A stretch of DNA of 47,127 bases, filler included, from Jimgerdemannia flammicorona (taxonomy: Eukaryota): assembly GCA_003990765.1 (NCBI GenBank). It is 2 parts of 2 records of this genome, joined end to end, with 100 filler letters (N's around TTAATTAATTAA, not from the genome) between each part and the next. Parts side by side here need not be neighbours in the genome. Positions count along the whole stretch, not along the records: positions 23,626 to 47,127 come from RBNJ01001099.1; 1 more part is not named here. One strand, 5' to 3'. The notes under the pieces were generated by a model. That model did no database searches, had not been told where the DNA came from, and was given only the letters and a program-made list of their open reading frames with translations. Positions 37,241-47,127 of this stretch are shown here, one piece after another (the first letter of the stretch is position 1; every line of letters starts with the position of its first letter). Position numbers and translations under genes: made by a program.

Positions 37241-37542
37241 GGAGTCTGGGGTGGAGGGTGCTTCTGGCGGTTGAAGGGTGCTTCTGGCAGTTGGAGGGCA
37301 TTTCCAGCAGTCGAAGTTGCCAGTTTGGGTCCTATGGGCACCCTGGCCCTGTACTGCAGTGCTGCACCAGTAGCACTACAGAGCAGGGCTGAGGGGCCAG
37401 TAGGGCCCTGCATAACAGCTAAGCTAGTGCTACATAAGAGGCACCCAGCCCAACCCCCCACATAAGACTACCCAACCCACACAAAATAGCTGTCTAACCC
37501 TCACAAAAGATTGCCTAACCCTCACGAAAGATTGCCTAACCC

Positions 37543-39533
37543 TCACAAAAACTGCTCCACCCACCGGTCCCAGGCCTTGATGAGCCTGTCGTCTGTTGTG
37601 AGTGCGACGACTGTTGTGTCTGAGCTCTTCTCGAAGGCGACGGTGCCATGGTGGTCATGTGGTTGGAATAGGACAGGTGTTGGCCACAAACAGGACCCCA
37701 AAACCATAGATGAGGTCATACCAGACTCCACCGCTATCCTCCCAGATTGGGCCCTTCCTTTCTAGGATGTAAAACATTACTGGGGTGATGTTGTTATCTG
37801 TGTATGTGGGTAGAGAAAGGTTGTGCCCGATATATCCTGATGTGATGCAAGCATACAGTTAGGTGAACCCTTGGCCCAGGACCTCATACTGCCAGGCTGT
37901 GCTGGTGGATGCCTATCCTTGGTCCAGCCCCGGGAGCCCCGGCTTGGAAACCTGCCAAAATGGACAGCAACTGGTTAGTCCTTTTTGCCTTCGGGGGGGC
38001 AGAAACCCCCCGGGCTGCAGAAACCCCCCGGGCTGCAGCACCCCAAAAAAGCAGAGCTCCTCACCTCATACAGCATTAAATTGCACCAAGAATGTACATA
38101 CAGCTACACCAAGATCACCACCAAGCTGGTCTGCCATACGCTCTACCAATCTGCTCAAAGAACCCCAGATCATAGCCGCCATCGCCACACAGGCCGTGTC
38201 ATGCTCACGCATAGTTTGCTCTTCGATGGTACTTCTAAAGTTCTGGTAGGGGTACAGAATCTTGTGTATCTCTGGAATTGTATCAAAAAGAGTATGTCGG
38301 CAAAGAGTGTGATTTATCTGGAGAGGGGTTAAAAAAAAAAGAGAAACGAGTGCAGGGGATTTCAGAACTCCGGAACCCACCCTTCGCCAGTGTTGCAGTA
38401 TACCCAATTCCCATCCAAACCCCCCCTCCTTGCTTTTTTCACCCCCTCTTTTCTGCCACCTAGTATTTGACGCAATCCTCGCAAATCTCGTTGATGTGGC
38501 AGTGAAGCTCATTGCCATAGAGGTTCCTTACCACCATCACAACCACCTCTCCACGTTCATTAATAAAGATATGGTTCTCTTCATCATTGGTTACTCCTAC
38601 TGGCTAATGGACCCCTTGGTTGAGTACGATTGGCTCTGATTCGAATGTAGACCCCCAAGTCTTGATGATGATACTGGTACTGCTCATGCTGAACATCTTG
38701 TCCTCGAATTTCTCTATTTGATCGGATGCCAGATGTGGTTGAACTCGGAAAACTTTGAACTCTCCTTTTTAATGGAACTGAGCCCTGATCTGAGAGACCG
38801 AGATAAGTATGTGGACAGGTTGCATGCAGGCGGGTTGCATTTGGGCAGGTTGTGTGCAGACAGGTTGCATGCGGGTTGCATGCGGGTGTGAGTGTTTTTT
38901 AGGGGGAGACTATGTAAAAATGAAATTAAATAAAACACAGAGATGGGTATTTCAGAAAAAGAGTATGAGTGAGTAAGCTGCATGCTGACAAGTTGCATGC
39001 CGACGAGTTGCACGAGTTGCACAAGAATTGCTCATGAAGGCTTGCTTCTATTCCTTTTGAGACCTCTGCCATGCAATGCATTGACTCAACAGCTCAGCCA
39101 CCAAAGGCATGCTCCACAACATCTGCCAGCCTTTCTTCATCTTGACCAGATATTGTGAATAAAGTTGGCAGACCTCGCCGTAGAGCTGTAGACCCTAAGA
39201 AAAGCATGAGGTGAATTGGGTCGTGCTGGGGAAGTTTAAATAAACACAAGTAAACAAGTGGCAGCTGAGTGAGCAACCTATATCTACTATCGGCTGCTTC
39301 AAAAAGGCTGCCGCATATATAGCTGTGAGGTCTGTGAATTCCGAGGTTCGAAGGGCTGCCATGAGTTGTTGCTGGAATTCTCCCTCATCTCTGCCATTGC
39401 CATTGCCACCGCCACCACCATCGCCCCTTTGGCTCTCGATGAGCAGCTTGTGTGCTATCCATATGAGAAAGAATCTAACATTGTCAGCAGAGAGTGTGTT
39501 TCCACCTTGAATACTCCCTCTTTTGACAATCAT
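37543..39533 (-). pseudogene. TET/JBP-like 2OG-Fe(II) dioxygenase cargo gene, intron-containing, inactivated
   Basis: Reconstructed exons: IFINERGEVVVMVVRNL...GVWMGIGYTA; EHDTACVAMAAMIWGSL; GHNLSLPT[Y<H]TDNNITPVMFYILER...SGGVWYDLIYGFGVLFVANTC/LFQPHDHHGT...VVALTTDDRLIKAW. HxD position at 37804-37796; distal HGT at 37650-37642. CTAAC branch point and AG acceptor at 37971-37978. 5' start uncertain. Confidence 0.7.
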
Positions 39534-39979
39534 TGTAGGGTGAAAAATGAGTAGACTGGACCAACATACAAATTAAGGGCTGCTGCTTTGTTTGCTCATG
39601 ATGCGGCAGGAAAGAACAAAGAAAAAGAACAAAGAAAAGAGAGGGAACAAAGAAAAGGGTGATGTCACCAAAGTGCGGTAGAAAAAAAAAAACAAGAGTG
39701 AAATGAACAAAAGAAAGGGTGACGTTACCAAAGATTTCAATCTGGATGGGTCAATCCGAATGGGTCAATCCAGATGGATCAATCCAGATGGATCAATCCA
39801 GATTAATCCAGATCAATCCGGATCAGATCATGAGACCAATCCGAGTTGATTCGAATCTATCACATGATGAATCTGAATCAAATCTCATCCAGATCAACTC
39901 CATTCATTCAGAGCACTATAGTTATATATATATAAGCTATATATAAGTTACAAATTATTAAGATATAATAATTTAAATA

Positions 39980-40079
39980 CTCTCACTCAATGAGATAATA
40001 TATAATAAAGAATATAATATAAATGAGAATATATAAATATAATATAACTAAGTATTAACTATAAAATAACTATAAATAT
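39980..40079 (-). repeat. Fragment of the same Copia family 3' region/PPT as ~9712-9812
   Basis: aatactctcactcaatgagataatatataa.. is the reverse complement of 9780-9810. Confidence 0.7.
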
Positions 40080-40825
40080 TATAATATAGTAGATGCTTAA
40101 CCTTAAAAATATATCAGATTTCTGTATCTTGAAAACTTAATCTTCTTTGACTTTGTGGAGTTCTTAGGATGCAGGAATGGATAAGTTTGAAGTATATCTG
40201 CTCACAGGTTTACTAGTTTCTTTGCTTTCTCTTTACTTTGAACTATTTCAATCTGAGGTTTATTTACTCTAAGATACTGAGTTATTTATATAAGTTTGCT
40301 AGCTATAAGATAGCTAAGTTATGACTAAGTTATGAGTCACTTTTTATAAGTATTAATTTTTAATATCTGTTAATTTGATAACTATGAATTTTTGACATTT
40401 GTGAAGAGTTTAACATTCATGAAAACTTAACATTTATGAAATGACTGCTATTTATAAGGCTATACTATATTGGGAATTAAGTTTAGGTACTATAATCAAA
40501 TGTCTAATTTCCCTGATCCTTATTTCTAATTTGGATCAACCATTATAACTTCCTCCTAAATAAGTGATTCATCTCTGAAATATCCTATTCATTTGAACTC
40601 TTAAGCTTCTACAATTTGTATCTCCTTGTACTGTACAATTTGTGTTATTATATTCTCTCAATAGTATCTCTTGATGTATCCAAAATCTCCTGGAACTACT
40701 CCTCAGAAATGGACTAAAGCTGCCTCATCATCTTTGAATAGCTTATTAACTCATTTTGTAATTGTGATCTGAGAGTAGAAGAGCTGGCACTCTCTAATCC
40801 AGTCTTCTTTTCTCATTTCTGGCCA
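40080..40825 (-). mobile_element. 3' LTR (40080-40547), PPT and ORF3 C-terminal half of a related Gypsy subfamily
   Basis: LTR homologous to 2206-2653. PEMRKEDWIRECQLFYSQITITK.VNKLFKDDEAALVHF.GV...NIITQI at 40589-40824. Confidence 0.9.
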
Positions 40826-40855
40826 CTATATCATTTTTCTTGCTTTATCATATAT

Positions 40856-42857
40856 TGTGACGGTACAGCCAAATTTGGAAGAAGGAAATAGGGAATAGAC
40901 ACTTGATCGCACCCATTCCCAAAGTAGTATAGCCTTATAGTTAACAGTCCTCGATTTTGACATTGTCTAAATTCTTAGACATTATCTAAATCGAACACCC
41001 TGATTTAGTATAGCATTTAGACATTGTCCAAATATTTCGATAAAGTCCATATGACTCATTTATTACTTAGCCACCCTCTCATAGCTAGCAAACTTGTATA
41101 AATAACCCAGTGTCTTCGAGTGAATAAACCTCAGATCAAAATAGTTCAAAAGTAAAGAGATAGCAAAGGAACTAGTAAGCCTATGGGCAGATACACTTCG
41201 AACTCACCCACTCTCCCCTGCAACTTCAAGAGACTCTGTGAGAGTCAGAACAGTCAAGTTTTCAAGATACAGAAATCCGACGTACTTTCAAGAGTAAGTG
41301 TCCGCTACATTACAACTTAGTGCCCATTGGCTGGTGATTCAAGACAAATCCCTCACTTTCAAGCTGAACAACGAACAACCACCACTATCCGAACAACCAT
41401 ACAAACCGAGCCCCAATACCCAGATAAGATAGATATGAGACCACCAGTATTCCATGGATATACATATACATACCTCAGATGAATCAATCATCACCTTCAA
41501 TGATGATTTCGAGCAGTATGCTGCTGTAAGGACTCTGACAGCAGTATAGCAAGTAGCCCTCATGCCCTTCAGCCTATGAGGCCCTGCCAGAGCAGCATTC
41601 ACAGCTGCAACCCATGCAGGAAATGATGCCAATGCCATACTGACAGCACAGAAGACCTGGCTCTGAAATATATATTACACAGATGAGATCAAGCAAGCCC
41701 TGAAGGATCAGCTCAACACAACGTGCCAAGGAATGAGTGAGGATCCAAACACATTCTATACCAGAATTTGATATCAGATAATCCTTACAGATTATACTGT
41801 TGCTATCCGAGATCAAGTAGCTGAAGCAACCTTCATGAAAGGAGTCCATCCAGAAATAGCCATGGCCATCTGCTCATCACCAGTGATTCTGGATCTACCA
41901 CAAAAGGTCACCTATGCTCAGCAATACTGGATAGCCAGACACTCACAAGACCATACAATGGAAAGAGTTACAGGAGTCAGAATCGAGGCACCCAAGGCAA
42001 CCAGTGTGATCCTCACCACAATGATCAATTGAAACACACCTCAGCCAAAAGCTACAGAGCAGCAAAAGAACAGTGACCCTATGGAGGAACTGGCCAAAAG
42101 GTTTGCTGAAATGACTGCCCACCTGGGAGATGTGGTAAAGGAAATCCAAGGAAGAGATCGCCGCCCTGTTCAGAAGTTTGCCGCCACCTCAGACAAAAAG
42201 AAAGGTACCTGCTACAGCTGCAGAGAAGAAGGCCACTACTCCTATGAATGTATGAGTGAAACCAAACATAAGGCTCAACCAAGCAATGCCACATGAAACA
42301 AGGAGCAGGCCAATACAATCACCTTTGAAGAAATCAGAGAATCTGATGAAGAGGAATGGGAGGCCTATCCTGCTCAGACCACCAAGAAGGATGTTCGCAA
42401 GGAACCCTACAAGAGACCACCAGGAAGACCCAAGAAGAACCCAGTAGAAAAGCAGATGGAAACTGCCACAGACAGTCAAGCCGAAGAGATGGACCAAGAT
42501 ATTGAGCTAGAGCAAGCAGTTTAAGATATCATCTGAGGAACCACTCCAGTCAGTGAAGGAGAAAAAGAAAAGAAGCTTCACAAGACCAAGACCTTCAAGT
42601 ATGATATCTTCAAGGATCTCAGTCAACAAAAGGTCAATGCAACCTTTGGTCAGCTTGCAGAAATCTCAACATTCAGACAGCAAATGAGGTTTGAACTTGC
42701 CAAAACAACCAAGGAACAAGGATGGAAGATAACCAAGACCAATAATGTTCAAGAGGACTCAGGAGAAGAAAGTGAGGACAATTGCAAAACCTCTGCTTAT
42801 ACAATATGCCAAATTGAGGATTGAGTCTTTGAAGCCATCATTGATACAGGAGCAGGA
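40856..42857 (+). mobile_element. 5' LTR (40856-41314), gag and protease start of the same Gypsy family, less mutated, truncated
   Basis: TGTGAC...TTACA LTR retaining CpGs; CYSCREEGHYSYEC knuckle; EAIIDTGAG, then abrupt loss of homology. Confidence 0.92.
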
Positions 42858-42904
42858 CAGGAAGCTTGCCAAAGCCAGAGGGCCCTACTACAGATACTAA
42901 GAAC

Positions 42905-44210
42905 CTGCACGGGCAACACAGGCAACATGGGCAACATGGGCAATACAGGCAAGACAGCAAGATGGGTGACATGGGCAAGACAGGCAGATGGCAAGACAGG
43001 CGACATGGGCAAAATGGGCAAAACGGGCAACATGGGCAAAACGGGCAATACGGGCAACATGGGCAATATGGGCAATACGAGCAATACGGGCAACACGGGT
43101 AACATGGGCAACATGGGTGGGCAAGACGGGCAAGACAGGCAAGATGGCAAGACGATAAGATGGGTGACATGGGCAAGATGGGCAAGATGGGCAAGATGGG
43201 CAAGATGGGCAAGATGGGCAAGACGGGCAAGATGGGCAAGATGGGCAAGATGGCAAGATAGCAAGATGGGTGATATGGGCAAGATGGGCAGACAAGATGG
43301 GCGACATGGGCAAGATGGGCAGATGGCAAGACAGACGACATGAGCAAGATGGGCAAGATGGGCAAAATGGGCAAAATGGGCAAAATGGGCAAAATGGGCA
43401 ACACAGGCAACATGGGCAACATGGGCGGGCAATACGGGCAACACAGGCAACACAGGCAGGCAATACGGGCAACACAGGCAATACGGGTGGGCAACAAGGG
43501 CAATACGGGCAACACGGGCGGGCAACATGAGTAACATGAGCAACATGGGCAACACGGGCAACATGGGCAACATGGGCGGGCAATACGGGTAACACGGGCA
43601 ACACAGGCGGGCAATATGGGCAACACAGGCAATATGGGTGGGCAACAAGGGCAACATGGGCAACACGGGCAGGCAACACAAGTAACACGGGCAACACGGG
43701 CAACACAGGTGGGCAAGACAGGCAAGACAGGCAAGACAGCAAGATGGGTGACATGGACAAGACAGGCAGATGGCAAGATAGGTGACATAGGCAAGATAGG
43801 CAAAATAGGCAAAACGGGCAATACGGGCAATATGGGCAATATGGGCAACACAGGCAACATGGGCAACATGGACAACATGGGTGGGCAAGATGGGCAAGAT
43901 GGGCAAGACAGGCAAGACAGATAACACAGGCAACATGGACAACATGAGCAGGTAACATGGGCAATACAGGCAACACAGACAACATGGGCAGGCAATATGG
44001 GCAAGACAGGCAAGATGGGCAATATGGGCAAGATGGGCAAGACGGGCAATATGGAGAACACAGGCAACACGGGCAGGCAACACGGGCAATATGGGCAACA
44101 TGGGCAACATGGGCGGACAAAATGGGCAAGACAGACAAGATGGGCAAGATGGCAAGATGGCAACACAGGCAACATGGGCGGGCAAGATGAGCTAGATGGG
44201 CAAGACAGGA
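42905..44210. repeat. Satellite of ~9-bp units (ATGGGCAAG / ACGGGCAAC), array 1
   Basis: Directly visible; over 100 degenerate units with higher-order blocks. Confidence 0.95.
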
Positions 44211-44214
44211 AGCA

Positions 44215-44458
44215 CTAATAGGGGTAGGTCAGGTGCACTAGATGCCAAGTACTTGAGGTAGTTGGGGCTCACAACCCATACCCACTAGGTGGAGCAGACC
44301 GGATAGGAGGATCTAGTTACTCAGGCAGTGAGGTCGCAACTCACACCCTAAAGGTGCAAGGCTGGAAGTGGATTGAGATTGGGGTAGAATAGGACTACTG
44401 ATGTTGTATGAGGATATGTGGCATGTTATAGATAGTTAATAAATGACTATTAAAAAGG

Positions 44459-44487
<29 letters not shown>
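44215..44487 (+). mobile_element. LINE-like 3' end with AATAAA and poly(A)
   Basis: G-rich sense strand, aataaa at ~44438, A tract at 44459-44487. Confidence 0.55.
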
Positions 44488-44489
<2 letters not shown>

Positions 44490-44492
<3 letters not shown>

Positions 44493-44850
44493 CTAGGTTC
44501 TATCTACTATTCTATACTTTGAGGAGGGTTTTTTATCTCTCTTTGGAGTGGTGGAGACTATTCTATTTGGCTTAGACATGGTCTTATATATATGTTATGG
44601 TTTCATATACATATGTGCTAAAAGTATATATTTATTACTCCCTAGTGGTAGGAAAAGCATAGTATATAGAATGAGATGTGGGCAAATCTGCCCTACTGTA
44701 CCTAGTATGGTCAAGCTACTGAACAATAGCTAGCCTAAGTTTAATAGGGGTATAGTACTCAGTGAGTAGTGGGGGGGGGGTTTAGTCTTTATAGTCTAGG
44801 TTCTTTTCCAATAAAATCTACAGAACTTTGGGTCTATTAAACAAAAAAAA
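44490..44850 (+). repeat. Dispersed repeat, probable LINE 3' end (copy 2 of 27780-28248)
   Basis: Colinear similarity with 27870-28248. Confidence 0.65.
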
Positions 44851-44869
44851 GATACAGAGTCTAGTAGAG

Positions 44870-45235
44870 AGGCTCTTGGAAGTAGTGGTAGTATGGCTGG
44901 AGAAGTTATAGCTAGAGAGAGTAGAACTACTGATGGAGGGAGAACTGCTAATTTGGAAAAAAAAAATCCAGATATAATAGCTGATGGTGGAGCTGAACAG
45001 AGGCAGGGCATGAGGCCTAAAGACCTAACTGATGGTATAATAGGCCTGGTGGCAGTACTATTACTTAAGAAATTGGTATCTAAATTTACTGTCACATTAT
45101 ACTTCTAGGGTCTGATAATTATAGTAAGGATGATTCTAGAGCTACTGGCTCAGAAGGTGAAAGGAGCTGTCTCAGTAAAGTTCTTGAAGGGTCTGGAGGG
45201 GGTTGAGGTAGGGTTTGAGAAAGAGGAGTTGATAC
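44870..45235 (+). pseudogene. LINE ORF1 fragment (paralog of 45680-45950)
   Basis: AVSVKFLKGLEGVEVGFEK versus AVSVKFLKSLEGVEVDFEE. Confidence 0.6.
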
Positions 45236-45249
45236 TACCTTTCTCCTAT

Positions 45250-46200
45250 ACAATTTACATTACACAAACTTCAAGCAATGGTTTTCAACACAACTTAGAG
45301 AAAAGGTACTATAAAAATGTCATCAAGCAAGAGTTCTGATGAGTGTGCTAGATCAGGTAGACCTGGAGCTTTTGGCTGGCAGCATGTGGGGAGAGGTTAT
45401 GGATTGGGGATGGGGGCTTTTGGAGGGTTGAAGGGTGGTGAAGGCTCTGGAGGAGGACCAGTGTCTAGTGGATCTGGGGGAAGACCTGGTCCCTCCAGCT
45501 TTGCCAACAAGATGAAGGTAAGTAGATAATCTACTGAAACCAAGGCTGGTGCTGCTGAGGGAAAGGACAAGACTAGCATCAGGAGGAAGAGTAGCCCTCA
45601 GGGGGGAGAGGTAAGCATAGGGGCTAGAGGGGCTGTGGCTGGGGGTGTGACTGTTGATGGGAGTGTGATGGGGGATTAGAAAAAAAAAAGAGATATGATA
45701 GCTGATGGCCAGGGGGGGCAGGGGTTCCTAATGCGGAAGGGGGACCTGGCAGATGGTGTAATAGAGCTGGCAGTGGCCCCATTGCTTAAGAAGTCAATCT
45801 TGGAGTTTATAGCTACCTTGTGCTTTTGGAGCTTAGTGGTGATGGCGAGGATGGTCCTGGGGCTGATTTTGAAGTAGGTGGCTAGGGCGGTCTCAGTGAA
45901 GTTCCTGAAAAGTCTGGAGGGGGTTGAGGTGGACTTTGAGGAGGCAGGCCCACTGGATGAGGCCCTGAAGACTGGAGTAGTGGTTGGAGAAGTGGTGGTC
46001 TCCATGATGTGGTGCTTGAGGTGGGACCCCAGGCGCGACCTTTCACTCAGACCAAATAGTTGGCTCTGCATCTAAGCCACCAGAATGGTGAGCTTCTCAA
46101 GTTTTGGAGGCCACAAATATAGGCTCCAAGGAGTGCCGACAGGTGTACCTCATCTCTTAGGTATAGGAGTCCCACCTGGTCTTTTCGGTGTAGCCATAGC
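45250..46200 (+). mobile_element. 5' end and ORF1 of an L1/Tx1-like LINE
   Basis: C/A-rich leader, ATG at 45317, SSFANKMK motif, RRM-like VEVDFEE...ALKTGVVVG and KYRLQGVP. G-rich sense strand like the other LINEs here. Confidence 0.6.
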
Positions 46201-46237
46201 TTCTAGTTTCAGCAAGTTACAAGGATTTCAAGAATTT

Positions 46238-46797
46238 CGGGGCAAGATGGGCAAAACGATACAGGCAAGACAGACAACACAGGCAACATGGGTAACATGG
46301 GCAACATAGGCAAGATGGGCAAGACGGGCAAGATGGGCAAAATGGGCAAAACGGGCAAGATGGGCAACATGGGCAAGATGGCAAGATGAGCGACATGGGC
46401 AAGATGGGTGACATGGGCAAGATGGGCAAAATGGGCAAAACGACATGGGCAAGACTGGCAAAACAGGCAAGATGGGTAACACAGGCAAGACGGCAAGACG
46501 GGTGATATGGGCAAGATGGACAAAATGGGTAAAATGACAGGGCAAGACTGGCAAAGCAGGCAAGATGGGCAACATGGGCAAGACAAGATGGGCAACATGG
46601 GCAAGATGGGCAAAACAGGCAAAATGACAGGCAAGATGGGCAAGATGAGCAAGACAGGCGAGATGGGCAAGACAGGCAAGATAGGCAAGATGGGTAACAT
46701 GGGCAAGACGGGCAAGACGGGCAAGATGGCAAGATGGGCGACATGGGTAAGATGGGCAAAACGGGCAAAACAACATGGGCAAGATGGGCAAAATGGA
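46238..46797. repeat. Satellite of ~9-bp units (ATGGGCAAG), array 2
   Basis: Same unit and orientation as array 1. Confidence 0.95.
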
Positions 46798-46799
46798 CT

Positions 46800-47127
46800 G
46801 CTTGGGTAGTGAAGAGGCTGATGAAACTGGCTAGGGACTGGATTTGGGCAGGTAGAAGGGCTCAGATCAGTTGGGATACCCTTGTTGAGCCAGTGCTTCG
46901 GGGAGGCCTGGGCCTTGTGGATTTCCCCAAGCGTCTACACTGCCTGCGAGCTTGGTGGTTGAAAAGGGCTGTTGATCTACAGGGAGGAGGTTGGGTGCCG
47001 TTGATGATGAAGGTGTGGGAGATGAGAGTCGCTCCCCGGGGGTCCACAGGGGATCTACTCTCTTTGGTGGGTCTGAATGGAAGCCGACAGCTACGGTATA
47101 AGGGCTTCTGGTGGGGAGTGGTTGATG
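46800..47127 (+). pseudogene. L1/Tx1-like ORF2 fragment (post-RT region), runs off the window
   Basis: WIWAG...ISWDTL..P..RGGLGLVDFPKRLHCLRAWWLKR, homologous to 30560-30870. Confidence 0.9.

Larger units (their letters stand above)
33621..39918 (+). mobile_element. hAT DNA transposon, 6.3 kb, with transposase and convergent cargo gene
   Basis: 15-bp TIR TAGTGCTCTGAATGA (33621-33635; reverse at 39904-39918). Perfect 8-bp TSD TAGTTATA (33613-33620 and 39919-39926). Subterminal repeats at both ends and an internal hAT transposase. Confidence 0.97.

Noticed and set aside
33621..39918. Idea that the hAT's higher CpG content shows protection by its dioxygenase
   Set aside because: Younger age explains it (perfect TSD in already-degraded flank), and both genes are still inactivated by C>T/G>A changes.
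42797..44218. Long ORFs (416-462 aa; Cys-rich metallothionein-like on minus, collagen-like Gly-X-Y on plus)
   Set aside because: By-product of a stop-free 9-bp satellite: open in all three minus frames, with frequent non-triplet unit lengths breaking the plus frames.
45676..46071. Ser/Thr-rich minus-strand ORF
   Set aside because: Antisense shadow of the plus-strand LINE ORF1.
46209..46809. Overlapping 170-190-aa ORFs
   Set aside because: Same satellite artefact.

Overview
Eukaryotic, most likely fungal, genomic window; the short GT-AG introns, one with an A-rich acceptor, hint at an early-diverging lineage such as Mucoromycota (inference only). It is almost entirely nested, decayed transposable elements heavily hit by C>T/G>A transitions (CpG nearly absent, TpA excess). 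An artificial N-linker at 23526-23625 means the two halves may not be adjacent. Left half: a Plavaka-type transposase relic; a structurally complete Ty3/Gypsy element (448-bp LTRs, 4-bp TSD) with a dUTPase between protease and RT and an extra ORF after the integrase; copia, chromovirus and L1/Tx1-like LINE relics; and one intact host gene for a secreted His/Pro/Tyr-repeat protein in a CpG-retaining island. Right half: LINE copies with TSDs, more Gypsy fragments, two 9-bp satellite arrays, and a 6.3-kb hAT transposon with perfect TIRs and an 8-bp TSD. Most notable: (1) the hAT carries a convergent, intron-containing cargo pseudogene that reconstructs as a TET/JBP-like 2-oxoglutarate/Fe(II) dioxygenase; (2) a small post-integrase 'ORF3' protein family recurs in several Gypsy-associated loci with signs of purifying selection. 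All protein reconstructions were done by eye and need HMM confirmation.
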